Shown in pieces: positions 36,606 through 46,468 of a stretch of 64,000 bases of DNA (its first letter is position 1; each line of letters opens with the position of its first letter). The position numbers were made by a program, and so were the translations under genes. The DNA lies in contig CBDAVT010000001.1 of assembly GCA_965201145.1 (NCBI GenBank), positions 70,889 to 134,888 of the forward strand. Direction: 5' to 3'. A model generated the notes under the pieces. That model was not told the origin of the DNA and ran no database searches. It was given only the letters and a program-made list of their open reading frames with translations. Source of the DNA: Dehalococcoidia bacterium (GTDB taxonomy: Bacteria; Chloroflexota; Dehalococcoidia; Lucifugimonadales; UBA3495).

Positions 36606-37406
36606 CTACCGCCGGGTTGCCCGGCCCCGCAGCGCCATCAGGGCCAGGCTCAGGCTTACTATCCCCAACCCCAGAGTAGCGACAACTCCATCCCGCAAGG
36701 CAGCCAGCTGCCAGCCTTCGGTGATGAGGGAACGCTCGGCGGCCAGCAGATAAGTTACCGGGTTAAAGTCGGCCGCAGTGGACAGCCAGGGGGTCATCTG
36801 CTCCTGCGGAATGAAGAGAGTAGTCATAAAGAGGAAGGGGAAGAAAAGGAGGAACGACAGGTTCACCGCCGCAACATTCCCGGTCTTGAGGGCAATGGCG
36901 TAGGGAAATCCGTTGAAAACCAGGCCCCAGAGACCGGCCAACAGCATGAAGGCCAGGATTCCCAATATCCCGGTCTCGAATTGTACGCCAACAATGAATC
37001 CCATAATTATCACAGGGACGGTCAGGGCCACTATCAGCGTGAAGTCCGCCAGCATCAGCCCCAGCAGCAAGGCCACCCGATTTACCGGCGTTATCACCAG
37101 TCGGTCAAAATACCCTGACTGAATGTCCGTCACCACGGTGATGGCGCGGGAAACGCCGGTAACGGCAAAGAGCACGGCCACCGGCAGTTGGAAAGCGCGG
37201 TAGTCCAGGCCAGGTATGTTTTCCGCAAAATCCTGGAGCGCCCCCACCGTCACGGCAAACATGAAAACGGGTATGAGCAGGGCCGGTATCACCGTTTCCA
37301 AATCCCGCAGCATCGAGCGGACGGCCCGCCGGGACACCGCATATATATCTCCGAAAAACCCGGACTTGCGGGCCTTTATGGTTGTTGTGATTGCGCTGGC
37401 TGCCAC
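36606..37406 (-). CDS. ABC-2 type transporter permease
   Basis: 266-aa ORF with six predicted TM segments, downstream of the DrrA-like ATPase. Confidence 0.85.
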   Translation of the reverse strand: MAASAITTTIKARKSGFFGDIYAVSRRAVRSMLRDLETVIPALLIPVFMFAVTVGALQDFAENIPGLDYRAFQLPVAVLFAVTGVSRAITVVTDIQSGYFDRLVITPVNRVALLLGLMLADFTLIVALTVPVIIMGFIVGVQFETGILGILAFMLLAGLWGLVFNGFPYAIALKTGNVAAVNLSFLLFFPFLFMTTLFIPQEQMTPWLSTAADFNPVTYLLAAERSLITEGWQLAALRDGVVATLGLGIVSLSLALMALRGRATRR

Positions 37407-37456
37407 GACCGGAAAAGCCTCCCTTAATCTATCTGGCGCTTCGGTTGTTTACCCGA

Positions 37457-38434
37457 CTAGTCGCCGGTATCTTCATCGCCCGGCCCGGAGTCATCCTGTT
37501 GCAGCCTTGACCCGGATACCTGCAAGAATACGTCATCCAGGGTTGGCGTGCGCAGGGTCAGCTCCCGTACCGAAACACCCAGTTCGTTTAGTTTGAGGGC
37601 CACTGCGCTAATCAGCGCCGCCCCGTTGCCGGTGCTGACCGTCAACTCAGAATCGTGGGCATCCACCATATCCACCGACGGCAGGGACTGGAGGGCGGCG
37701 CCATCCAGCTTGATGATAATCAGGTCGGCGCCCCGGGAGTGCTTCAACTCCTCCGGCGTTCCTTGCACCGCCAGGCGACCCCGGTTGATTATGCCTACTC
37801 GATGGGCCAGGGCATCGGCTTCTTCCAGATACTGGGTGGTCAGGAAAATTGTCATATCCAGTTCGGTGTTAATTTTTCTAACCTCATCCCAGAGGCGATT
37901 GCGGCTGATCGGGTCCAGGCCAGTGGTAGGTTCGTCCAGAAAGAGAATTTCCGGCTGATGAATCAGGGCCGCGGCCAAATCCAGCCGCCGCTTCATACCT
38001 CCGGAATAGGTTCCAATAAGCCGCCCCATGGCATCGCCAATGTCAATCAGGTCAGTCAGGTCGGCAATGCGGGAAGCAATCTCCCTGCCTATCAGCCCGT
38101 ACAGTCGGCCTTGCAGGGTTAACAGTTCCTTGCCGGTCTGCTTGTCATCCAGCGCCGCATCCTGCAGCGCCGCCCCGATGCTCAGCCGTACCTGGTCCGG
38201 TTCAGTTACTGCATCGTGGCCGGCCACGACGATAGAACCGGCGGTAGGAGCCAACAAGGTAATCAGCATCCGGATTACGGTGGTCTTCCCGGCGCCGTTG
38301 GGGCCGAGGAACCCGTAAATTTCGCCGCGATGGACGGACAGGTCAACACCATCCACAGCTCGTACTGTGCCGAACTGCCGTATCAAGTCTCTGGTTACGA
38401 TTGCTTCTTCAATCATCTCAATACTTGGCGTCAT
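37457..38434 (-). CDS. ABC transporter ATP-binding protein (DrrA-like)
   Basis: Walker A GPNGAGKTT, signature YSGGMKRRL and Walker B ILFLDEPTTGLD. Confidence 0.93.
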   Translation of the reverse strand: MTPSIEMIEEAIVTRDLIRQFGTVRAVDGVDLSVHRGEIYGFLGPNGAGKTTVIRMLITLLAPTAGSIVVAGHDAVTEPDQVRLSIGAALQDAALDDKQTGKELLTLQGRLYGLIGREIASRIADLTDLIDIGDAMGRLIGTYSGGMKRRLDLAAALIHQPEILFLDEPTTGLDPISRNRLWDEVRKINTELDMTIFLTTQYLEEADALAHRVGIINRGRLAVQGTPEELKHSRGADLIIIKLDGAALQSLPSVDMVDAHDSELTVSTGNGAALISAVALKLNELGVSVRELTLRTPTLDDVFLQVSGSRLQQDDSGPGDEDTGD

Positions 38435-38604
38435 CGAATTTCGAAATTAATAAATTTCAATACGATTTCACTAAATAAATTGTCGTTAATTTTGTTGGTT
38501 ATGATTATAACATAAGCGCAAAGCATCCGCCAGTTGTTGGCGACACTTTCAGGAAGTTTTCCGAGAAATCAGACTTTGGACCGATTCCCGGGAGGAATTT
38601 TTCG

Positions 38605-38633
38605 TTGACGTTTATTCCTAGCTATGCTAGTAT
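38605..38633 (+). promoter_or_regulatory. sigma70-like promoter for the HTH regulator / haem cluster
   Basis: TTGACG (38605-38610), a 17-nt spacer, then TAGTAT (38628-38633), about 55 nt upstream of ATG 38689. It sits in an AT-rich divergent region. Confidence 0.5.
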
Positions 38634-38688
38634 CCTTTCGTCAAAATTGGGGCGCTTCGCAAGACTTTTATAGATTTTTATAGATTTC

Positions 38689-39366
38689 ATGTCCAGTCTT
38701 CAGCTTAACGACCGTACCCAGTGGCTGTCCTTGCGGGAAGCGTGCGAACTTTTGCAAGTCAGCCCGGTAACTTTGCGCCAGTGGGCCGACGCCGGACACC
38801 TGCGAGTTTACCGCACTCCGGGCGGACACCGGCGCTTTTCTCAGGCAGACCTGGTGGCCTTGACCCGGAAATCCGCTGCCAACCCCGGGGCTGAAACTCA
38901 GGACAAGCTGGAAGACGCCGCCCTGCGCCGAATCCGCCGCCGCCTCAGCCACGAAGAGGTATCCCGTCAACCCTGGTACCAGAGCGTAGAGGAAGAAAGG
39001 CGGGACCGAATGCGCCTCTTTGGCCGCCGCCTGTTGTCCCTGCTGCTCCAGGGGCTGCCCCAACGCCGCGCTTCCGGACGCCGTCAGGAGATACTGTCGG
39101 AAGGGCTGATGCTGGGCCACGAATACGGGGCTGAAATGTCCGAGCGCAACGTCCCGCTCAAGGACACGGTAGAGGCTTTCATCTTCTTCCGCACCCTGGT
39201 GCTGGATTCCACCGGCCACGGCTCCCAGGGGCCGACGCTGGAAGTAGCAGACCGGGTGCTGGTGGGTGTGGTCGAGTCCTATCAGAAACGTATGGAACAG
39301 GAACTTTTGTTGTTATCCCAGACCCGGGCGGAGGACAGTCCGGCAAACTTTACCGGCCAACCCTAA
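38689..39366 (+). CDS. MerR/excisionase-type HTH DNA-binding regulator
   Basis: The N-terminus reads WLSLREACELLQVSPVTLRQWADAGHLRVYRTPGGHRRF (HTH_17/MerR-like). It lies directly upstream of ahbAB. Confidence 0.75.
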   Translation: MSSLQLNDRTQWLSLREACELLQVSPVTLRQWADAGHLRVYRTPGGHRRFSQADLVALTRKSAANPGAETQDKLEDAALRRIRRRLSHEEVSRQPWYQSVEEERRDRMRLFGRRLLSLLLQGLPQRRASGRRQEILSEGLMLGHEYGAEMSERNVPLKDTVEAFIFFRTLVLDSTGHGSQGPTLEVADRVLVGVVESYQKRMEQELLLLSQTRAEDSPANFTGQP

Positions 39367-39387
39367 TCGGAGGCTAACCGATATTCT

Positions 39388-40443
39388 ATGGACTTGACAG
39401 ATCGCAAACTGCTGAACCTGATCCAGAGCAAATTCCCCATGCTGGAACGGCCTTACCTCACCCTTGCCGATGAACTGGAAATTGGCGAGGCAGATGTCAT
39501 TTCCCGCCTGGAGGAACTGAAGCGGCAGAACGTCGTGCGCCAAATCAGCGCCATCTTCGATACCCGACGCCTGGGCTACAAGACTACTCTGGTAGCTATG
39601 GCCTACGAACCGGAGCAGCTGAATGACGGGGCTCTCTTTATCAACCGCCATCCCGGAGTCAGCCACAATTACGCCCGTGAGGGTTCTTACTATAACTTGT
39701 GGTTCACTCTGGCCGTGCCGCCCGACGGCGACCTGCAAAGCACGGTGGAATGGATGGCGCAGGAGACCGGGGCCCTCAGCTACCGGGTTATGCCCACGCT
39801 CCGCTTTTTCAAAATCGGCGTAAATTTCGATATGGTGCAGCAACGCAGCGCAGCCCATAACTACAATCCCGACAATATCGGCGAGCGCACTCCCGCCCCG
39901 GACTGGAACCAGGCTCAGATTGTTTCCGAGTCGGACAAAGCTGCGATCCGGGAATTGCAGGAGGATCTGCCGCTGATTCCCCGGCCCTTTGACGCTATGG
40001 CCCAGCGGCTGGGGATGGATACGGCCCAGTTGTTCGCCCTGGCAGACGAGCTTCAGGAACGCAAGCTGATGCGCCGGTTCAGCGCAGTACTGCACCATCG
40101 CCGTTCCGGTTTCCGGGCAAATGCCATGGTGGTTTGGCAGGTGCCGCCGGAACGGGCCGAGGAAGTTGGAATGACTATGGCCCAACACTCGGCAGTAACT
40201 CACTGCTACGAACGTCCGACCTTTCCCGATTGGCCCTATTCCCACTTTTCCATGATTCACGCCACCACCCAGGAAGAATGCGAGGAAATCGCCCGGGAAA
40301 TCAGCGCGACCACCCAGATAACCGACAATCTGCTGCTTTACAGTACCCGGGAATACAAGAAGACCCGCGTCCGTTACTTCGTCGAGGACTATGCGGAATT
40401 TTGGGAAGCGGAGCCGGAACTGGAAGAAGCCCTTCCCGATTAG
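39388..40443 (+). CDS. ahbAB: siroheme decarboxylase, fused AhbA/AhbB (NirDL-like, Lrp/AsnC fold)
   Basis: Two tandem halves each begin with an HTH (LDxxDRKLLNLIQ..FP; AIRELQEDLPL) followed by an RRxxAxxxHR-type segment. This is characteristic of NirD/L/G/H-AhbA/B proteins. Confidence 0.8.
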   Translation: MDLTDRKLLNLIQSKFPMLERPYLTLADELEIGEADVISRLEELKRQNVVRQISAIFDTRRLGYKTTLVAMAYEPEQLNDGALFINRHPGVSHNYAREGSYYNLWFTLAVPPDGDLQSTVEWMAQETGALSYRVMPTLRFFKIGVNFDMVQQRSAAHNYNPDNIGERTPAPDWNQAQIVSESDKAAIRELQEDLPLIPRPFDAMAQRLGMDTAQLFALADELQERKLMRRFSAVLHHRRSGFRANAMVVWQVPPERAEEVGMTMAQHSAVTHCYERPTFPDWPYSHFSMIHATTQEECEEIAREISATTQITDNLLLYSTREYKKTRVRYFVEDYAEFWEAEPELEEALPD

Positions 40444-40634
40444 AAATAGATAGTCCCTGATTTGTCCCAATAGACTACCTTGCCATCGGTTGCATACGGA
40501 GAACTTCGAGACTGCGCCGTGGTCAGCGCCTGGAAAACAAGATACATAAAAAAACGCTCTATAGCGCCGGCACAGATTATGCGTCCAGTCTCGATTCTGT
40601 GAACCATTGGGGGATAAATAAACTGAGGAGACTC

Positions 40635-41369
40635 ATGCCCGACTACTACCCTGTTTATCTGAACCTGGCCGGGAAACGCTGCGTAATCATCGGCGGCGGT
40701 ACCATCGCCCAGGGGAAAATCGGCGGTCTGCTGCAGGCCGGCTGCCGCATTACCGTCATCAGTCCAGACGCCACGCCGGGGATTCGGCAGGCGGCCCAAC
40801 GCGGCGATATTGTCTGGCTGGAACGCCGTTATGAGCCTGGCGACCTGGCCGACGCTTTTATTGGCGTAGCCGCTACCAATGTGTGGCACGTTAATCGGGA
40901 AATCTACGAGGAGGCTGAGCGTCTGGGTGTCCTGCTTAACGTAGTAGATGACCCGGACTTGTGCAGTTTCATCGCCCCTTCCATCGTCAAGCGAGAGCCG
41001 GTAACTCTGGCTATTTCCACCGGCGGTGCCAGCCCGGCGCTGGCCCGCAAGCTGCGGGAATCCCTGGCCCAGGCCGAAGCGCTAGAGTGGGCCGATCTTG
41101 CCGACGTACTCTCCCGGGCCCGTCAGCTTATCAAGGAAAGACGCTTGTCCGTTGACCCGGAACGCTGGCAATGCTGCATTTCCCGGGAATTGCTTGAAAT
41201 GGTCCAGCAGGGAAGTTCCGATACGGCCCTGGAAACGCTGCTGTCCCGACTGTTGAACCCGGAGTATCCGGACCTCTGCGCCGACCCGTCCCATTGCCAG
41301 CCCGGCGCTTGCCAGGTGCGTCAGGCGGCCCGCAAAGACGGCGCCCGCCCGCGGGAGGCGATACGATGA
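40635..41369 (+). CDS. sirC: precorrin-2 dehydrogenase / sirohydrochlorin ferrochelatase (SirC/CysG N-terminal type)
   Basis: YPVYLNLAGKRCVIIGGGTIAQGK is a Rossmann motif. I chose the start at ATG 40635, after GAGGAG. The stop overlaps the hemA ATG (ATGA). Confidence 0.85.
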   Translation: MPDYYPVYLNLAGKRCVIIGGGTIAQGKIGGLLQAGCRITVISPDATPGIRQAAQRGDIVWLERRYEPGDLADAFIGVAATNVWHVNREIYEEAERLGVLLNVVDDPDLCSFIAPSIVKREPVTLAISTGGASPALARKLRESLAQAEALEWADLADVLSRARQLIKERRLSVDPERWQCCISRELLEMVQQGSSDTALETLLSRLLNPEYPDLCADPSHCQPGACQVRQAARKDGARPREAIR

Positions 41370-42697
41370 GCCTCCTGATACTCGGCCTGAATCACCGGAC
41401 TGCCCCGGTAGAACTTCGGGAAAAATTGGCCGTGGACAGCAGTCAACTGCCGGCTGCCTTGACCGCTCTAACCAATCAAGTAGCCCCCGGAGTCATTCTA
41501 GCTACCTGCAATCGGCTGGAAATTTATACCCTTATTGACGGCTCGCCGTCGTCCCCCGACCCGTTACGCCGATTGCAGCAGTTTGTCGCCGATTACTGGG
41601 GCATACCCCTAACCGACCTGGCGCCATTCTGCTATTCCTGGCAGGAAGAGGACTGTGTGCGGCATCTTTTCCGGGTAGCCAGCGGGCTGGACTCGATGGT
41701 TGTCGGGGAATGGGAAATTCTGGGTCAGGTCCGGGCAGCTTTCAGCGCCGCCAGCAGCCCCGACACCGGCTCCAGTTATGTCCGAGGCCCCCTGTCCCGG
41801 CTGTTTCACCAGGCCCTTCGGGTGGGTCGCAAGGTACACCATGAGGCGAGCCTGGGCGGAGACCGCCGCCGCTCCGTCAGCCAGGTAAGTGTCCAACTGG
41901 CCCACCACCTGTTGGGCGACCTGGCGCAGCGTCAGGTGCTCTTAATCGGCGCCGGCAGCGCCGGGCAGTTGGCCGGACGGGCGCTGGTCGCCGCCGGCGC
42001 CGGCAATGTGGTGGTAACCAACCGCACTTTCAGCCGCGCCGAAGCGCTGTCCGGGGAACTGGGCGGCGTGGCGGCTCCCTTTGAGCAGATTCCTGGCATA
42101 ATGGAAGATTCCGATGCCGTTATCTGTACCACCGCTTCTCCGGATTACCTGCTGAGCCGGAAGGAAGTTAAGCAGGTAATGGCCCGGCGGAGTGGCCGAC
42201 CGTTGCTGCTAATCGACATCGCCGTGCCCCGGGACGTGGAACCGGAAGTTGGGACTCTGGAAGGGGTGCGCCTCTGCGACATCGACGATTTGCGCACCGA
42301 TTCGGACAGCGACAATGTGGCCCGAGCTCCGGAAGTTATCCAAGCCGAAACGCTGGCAGCCGAGGAGACGGCAAAGTTTCTTCAGTGGTGGGAGTCGCTG
42401 GACACCATTTCCGCCATCGCCGGCATCCGGGAATACGCTGAGGAAATCCGGCGCGCCGAGGTGGAAAAAACCTTGACCCGCTTGCGGAGTCGGACAGCGA
42501 CGGGGCCGGAGCAAACCGATGGCCTTGACCTGGAGACGCTGGAGACCCATCTGAATGCCATGACCGCAGCGCTGGTCAAGAAACTGATGCACCATCCCAC
42601 AATGTATATTCGAGAGGCTAACGACCCGGCGCGCCAACAGTTGGTGCGTGAAATGTTCAATCTGGACGAAGCCGGTGGACGGCATGGCCGCCGCTAA
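41366..42697 (+). CDS. hemA: glutamyl-tRNA reductase
   Basis: MSLLILGLNHRTAPVELREK, active-site TCNRLEIY and the NADPH motif LIGAGSAG. Confidence 0.93.
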   Translation: MSLLILGLNHRTAPVELREKLAVDSSQLPAALTALTNQVAPGVILATCNRLEIYTLIDGSPSSPDPLRRLQQFVADYWGIPLTDLAPFCYSWQEEDCVRHLFRVASGLDSMVVGEWEILGQVRAAFSAASSPDTGSSYVRGPLSRLFHQALRVGRKVHHEASLGGDRRRSVSQVSVQLAHHLLGDLAQRQVLLIGAGSAGQLAGRALVAAGAGNVVVTNRTFSRAEALSGELGGVAAPFEQIPGIMEDSDAVICTTASPDYLLSRKEVKQVMARRSGRPLLLIDIAVPRDVEPEVGTLEGVRLCDIDDLRTDSDSDNVARAPEVIQAETLAAEETAKFLQWWESLDTISAIAGIREYAEEIRRAEVEKTLTRLRSRTATGPEQTDGLDLETLETHLNAMTAALVKKLMHHPTMYIREANDPARQQLVREMFNLDEAGGRHGRR

Positions 42698-43685
42698 CGC
42701 CGACAACCTCGACTCCCCCTACCCGGCGCCAGGCCCCACCGGAGCAAGGGAAGGTTCCCTTGAACCGCAAACTATCCGGGTGGGTACTCGGGCCAGCTCC
42801 CTGGCGCAACGGCAGACGGCCCAGGTTCTGGAACGATTGCATCCCATCTATCCCGACCTGGATTTCCAGGTGGTTACGGTTACCACTCAAGGGGATGCCA
42901 ACGCTTCCGCCCCGTTGGCCGGCATGGGGCTAGGAGTGTTCGTAAAGGAAATCGAGCAGCAGCTTCTGGAAGGGCATTTAGATCTGGCCGTCCACAGTCT
43001 CAAGGACCTGCCCACTCTGCTGCCCCCGGGGCTGGCCCTTGGCGCCTTGCTGCCTCGGGAAGACCCCCGGGACGTTCTGGTGAATCGCTGGAGTTGTTTG
43101 TTGGAGCAGTTGCCCGAAGGGGCCCGCATCGGCACCAGCAGCCCACGCCGTCAGTCCCAATTGCTGAGCATCCGACCGGGAGTTACCGTAGTTCCGATAA
43201 GAGGCAACGTGGAAACGCGCCTGCGCAAGGCCCGGGGAGAGGAATGCGACGGAGCTATTCTGGCCGCCGCTGGACTGACTCGTTTGGGGCTGGATGACCA
43301 AATTTCCGAGCGCCTGTCCCCGCAACGCTTTGTGCCTCCCCCCGGACAAGGCATTCTGGCAGTGGAAATTCGGGCCGATGACGACCGTATGGCCGGCATT
43401 CTCAGTGCCATCGACCACGCTCCGACCCGCTACGCCGCCACCGCCGAGCGAGCTTTTCTGGAACGTCTGGGCGGCGGCTGCCAGGTGCCGGTAGGGGCTT
43501 ACGCTCAATCCAGCGGTGAACTGATGAACTTGACCGTTTTCCTCGGCGCGCCCGACGGTCGGCAGACTTTCAGCGCCAAAGTGCGCGGACTAACACATTC
43601 TCCCCACCAACTTGCCGCCGATGCGCACCTGGCCCTGGTAGAGCGAGGCGGAAGCCGGCTGCTGGAATCCGGGATACAGGGCTGA
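42684..43685 (+). CDS. hemC: hydroxymethylbilane synthase (porphobilinogen deaminase)
   Basis: IRVGTRASSLAQRQT, HSLKDLPT, and GNVETRL plus GGCQVPVGAY motifs. Confidence 0.92.
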   Translation: MAAANADNLDSPYPAPGPTGAREGSLEPQTIRVGTRASSLAQRQTAQVLERLHPIYPDLDFQVVTVTTQGDANASAPLAGMGLGVFVKEIEQQLLEGHLDLAVHSLKDLPTLLPPGLALGALLPREDPRDVLVNRWSCLLEQLPEGARIGTSSPRRQSQLLSIRPGVTVVPIRGNVETRLRKARGEECDGAILAAAGLTRLGLDDQISERLSPQRFVPPPGQGILAVEIRADDDRMAGILSAIDHAPTRYAATAERAFLERLGGGCQVPVGAYAQSSGELMNLTVFLGAPDGRQTFSAKVRGLTHSPHQLAADAHLALVERGGSRLLESGIQG

Positions 43686-43744
43686 GCATCTGTGGATACC
43701 GTTAAAATTAAATTTACACTCAATATATGTCAGGGAACCGTCAG

Positions 43745-45295
43745 ATGAGCCGGGTGAAAGGAAAAGTTTTCCTGGTAGGCGCCGGCCCCGGCGATCCCGG
43801 CCTGATAACCGTCAAGGGGCTGCGCTGCTTGCAGCAAGCCAACGTCGTGGTGTATGACCGCCTCATGGACCCGACCTTGCTCCGTTCCGCCCCCCCGGAG
43901 GCCGAGCTGGTATTCGTGGGCAAGGAGAGAGGCCGGCAAGCTTTGAGCCAGGCTGAAATTAACGATTTGCTGGTGGAACGCGCGGCTAGAGGCAAGTCGG
44001 TGGTACGGCTGAAAGGCGGCGACCCTTTCGTATTCGGTCGAGGTGGGGAAGAGGCTCAAGCCCTGGCCGGAAGTGGCATACCCTTTGAGGTAGTCCCCGG
44101 AATAACTTCGGCCATTGCCGCCGCCGCCTATGCTGGCATTCCCGTTACCCAGCGGGGGCTCGCTACTTGCTTCACCGTGGTTAGCGGCAGCGAGGACCCG
44201 GCCAAGCCCGAATCCTCCATCCCCTGGGACGTATTGGCCCGGACCGGCGGCACGCTGGTGGTGCTGATGGGCTGGGCTGCCTTGCAGTCCATTTTGGAGA
44301 CGCTGCAACGGGAAGGCATGGCGCCGGACACGCCGGTAGCTCTGGTGCAATGGGGCACCTGGAAAAAGCAGGAAACCGTTGCCGGCACGCTGAATGATGT
44401 GGTCGAAAAAGCTCGAGCAGCCGGATTGACACCCCCGGTAGTCGCCATAATCGGGCCGGTGGCGGGCCTGCGCCAGGAGTTGCGCTGGTTTGACCGGCAG
44501 CACCTCTTCGGAAAAAAGGTATTAATCACCCGGTCGCGTACCCAGGCCTCCCGGCTGCGCGAGTTGCTGGAAGAGCAAGGGGCCGAGCCTCTGGAATTGC
44601 CGTCCATTGAAATCGCTCCACTGGAAGACTGCACGGAATTGGACGCTTCTCTGGCTCGCTACGGATTGCTGCCGGGGGAAACTCCTTCCGGCGCCATCGG
44701 CAATTACTGGCTCATCTTCGCCAGCGTCAACGCGGTGGATGCGGTGTTTGGTCGGCTGGAGGCCCACGGGCAAGACTCCCGCGCTCTGTCCGGCGCAACC
44801 ATTGGAGCCATCGGGCCCGCCACGGCTTCCGCCCTGGCGCAGCGGGGTATCCGAGCCGATTTTGTGCCGACCACCTCCGTTTCCGAAGCGGTAGTCAAGG
44901 AACTGGCGAACCGGGATTGGCACGGCATCCCGGTCTTGCTGCCCGGCGCCGACATTGGGAGGGACACGCTGGACAGGGGGCTGTCCGGGCTGGGAGCCAC
45001 GGTTGAAAGAGTCACCGCCTACCGAACCGTTACTCCCGGCAATGCAGGGCAAAGCGCCCGCCATTTGTTGTCCCAGGGCATCGATGTGATAACCTTTACC
45101 AGTTCCTCCACCGTGCGCAACTTGCTGGACATTCTTGAGGGTGAAAAGTCGCTTTTGGACTCATCAGTTATTGCCTGTATCGGGCCGGTAACTGCGGGAA
45201 CTGCCAGAGAGTTGGGACTGCGGGTGGACCTGGTGTCCGATGTCCACACAGTAGAGGGGTTGGCTGAGGCGCTGGTAGATTACTATCGGCAATAA
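43745..45295 (+). CDS. cobA: uroporphyrinogen-III C-methyltransferase / uroporphyrinogen-III synthase fusion
   Basis: The N-terminal half has VFLVGAGPGDPGLIT and VVRLKGGDPFVFGRGGEE, the CobA/SUMT pattern. The C-terminal half of about 250 aa is HemD-like. ATG 43727 is an alternative start. Confidence 0.88.
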   Translation: MSRVKGKVFLVGAGPGDPGLITVKGLRCLQQANVVVYDRLMDPTLLRSAPPEAELVFVGKERGRQALSQAEINDLLVERAARGKSVVRLKGGDPFVFGRGGEEAQALAGSGIPFEVVPGITSAIAAAAYAGIPVTQRGLATCFTVVSGSEDPAKPESSIPWDVLARTGGTLVVLMGWAALQSILETLQREGMAPDTPVALVQWGTWKKQETVAGTLNDVVEKARAAGLTPPVVAIIGPVAGLRQELRWFDRQHLFGKKVLITRSRTQASRLRELLEEQGAEPLELPSIEIAPLEDCTELDASLARYGLLPGETPSGAIGNYWLIFASVNAVDAVFGRLEAHGQDSRALSGATIGAIGPATASALAQRGIRADFVPTTSVSEAVVKELANRDWHGIPVLLPGADIGRDTLDRGLSGLGATVERVTAYRTVTPGNAGQSARHLLSQGIDVITFTSSSTVRNLLDILEGEKSLLDSSVIACIGPVTAGTARELGLRVDLVSDVHTVEGLAEALVDYYRQ

Positions 45296-45399
45296 CAAAG
45301 TCATTTGCTGCGCTGAAGCATAACCGTCGGGAATTTATCCGGCACTTAGGTAGAGAGTCTGAACCCTGCAAGCTGATTCGAGAAACTCGGAGCAAGAAA

Positions 45400-46383
45400 A
45401 TGACCAGCTTTCCTGAGGCGCGACTGCGGCGGGTACGGGAGTTGGAACCGGTGCGTTCGCTGGTTCGGGAAACCCGGCTGAGCGCATCCAATTTCATCTA
45501 CCCACTTTTTGTTACCCATGGCTTGGGGATTAAGCAGCCCATCGAACCTATGCCCGGCAATTACCAACTTTCCCTGGATATGCTGGAGGAGGAGATTGCC
45601 GAAATTGTGGGCCTGAACATTCCGGCAGTCCTGCTGTTCGGGATTCCCGAGCAAAGGGACCCGACCGGCAGCGACGCCTACGACCCGGAAGGCATCATTC
45701 AGGAAGCGATCCGGGTTATCAAGCGAGCGGCCCCGGGATTGATGGTTGTGGGTGATGTTTGCCTTTGCGAGTACACGGATCACGGTCATTGCGGAATTAT
45801 TGACGGCCACCGCATCGACAACGATCAGACTCTGGAACTGCTGGCGCGCACGGCCCTGGCCCAGGTACAAGCCGGCGTCCATATGGTGGCTCCCTCGGCA
45901 ATGATGGACGGGCAGGTCCGGGTAATTCGGAAGGCGCTGGACGCTAACGGAGCGGAATCAGTCCCGATAATGGGGTACGCCGCCAAGTACGCATCCGCCT
46001 TCTACGGCCCCTTTCGGGTAGCCGCCGATTCCACCCCCCAATTTGGCGACCGGCGCAGCTATCAGATGGACCCGGCCAACCGGCGGATGGCCCTGCGCGA
46101 AATTGAAGGCGACATCGCCGAAGGCGCAGACATCGTAATGGTGAAACCAGCCCTGGCCTATCTGGACGTAATCAAGACCGCCCGGGAACGATTTGACCAT
46201 CCTATGGCCGCCTACAATGTCAGCGGCGAGTTCTCCATGGTCAAAGGGGCGGCCCGGCAAGGCTGGATCGACGAGAGGTCGGTTACGCTGGAGCTGCTTA
46301 CCGCCATCAAAAGAGCCGGAGCGGACATCATAATCAGCTACCACGCCAAGGATGCAGCTCGCTGGCTGCAAGAAGAAAACTAG
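45400..46383 (+). CDS. hemB: porphobilinogen synthase (ALA dehydratase), Zn-type
   Basis: Cys-rich Zn site DVCLCEYTDHGHCG, plus MVKPALAYLD and active-site Lys regions. Confidence 0.93.
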   Translation: MTSFPEARLRRVRELEPVRSLVRETRLSASNFIYPLFVTHGLGIKQPIEPMPGNYQLSLDMLEEEIAEIVGLNIPAVLLFGIPEQRDPTGSDAYDPEGIIQEAIRVIKRAAPGLMVVGDVCLCEYTDHGHCGIIDGHRIDNDQTLELLARTALAQVQAGVHMVAPSAMMDGQVRVIRKALDANGAESVPIMGYAAKYASAFYGPFRVAADSTPQFGDRRSYQMDPANRRMALREIEGDIAEGADIVMVKPALAYLDVIKTARERFDHPMAAYNVSGEFSMVKGAARQGWIDERSVTLELLTAIKRAGADIIISYHAKDAARWLQEEN

Positions 46384-46468
46384 TACAACCTGCGAACGAG
46401 TAATTGACCGGCCCCGGTGGTTTTCCGCAGCGCCCAAGACTACAAAACAGATTTCTTTCAGGATTGAT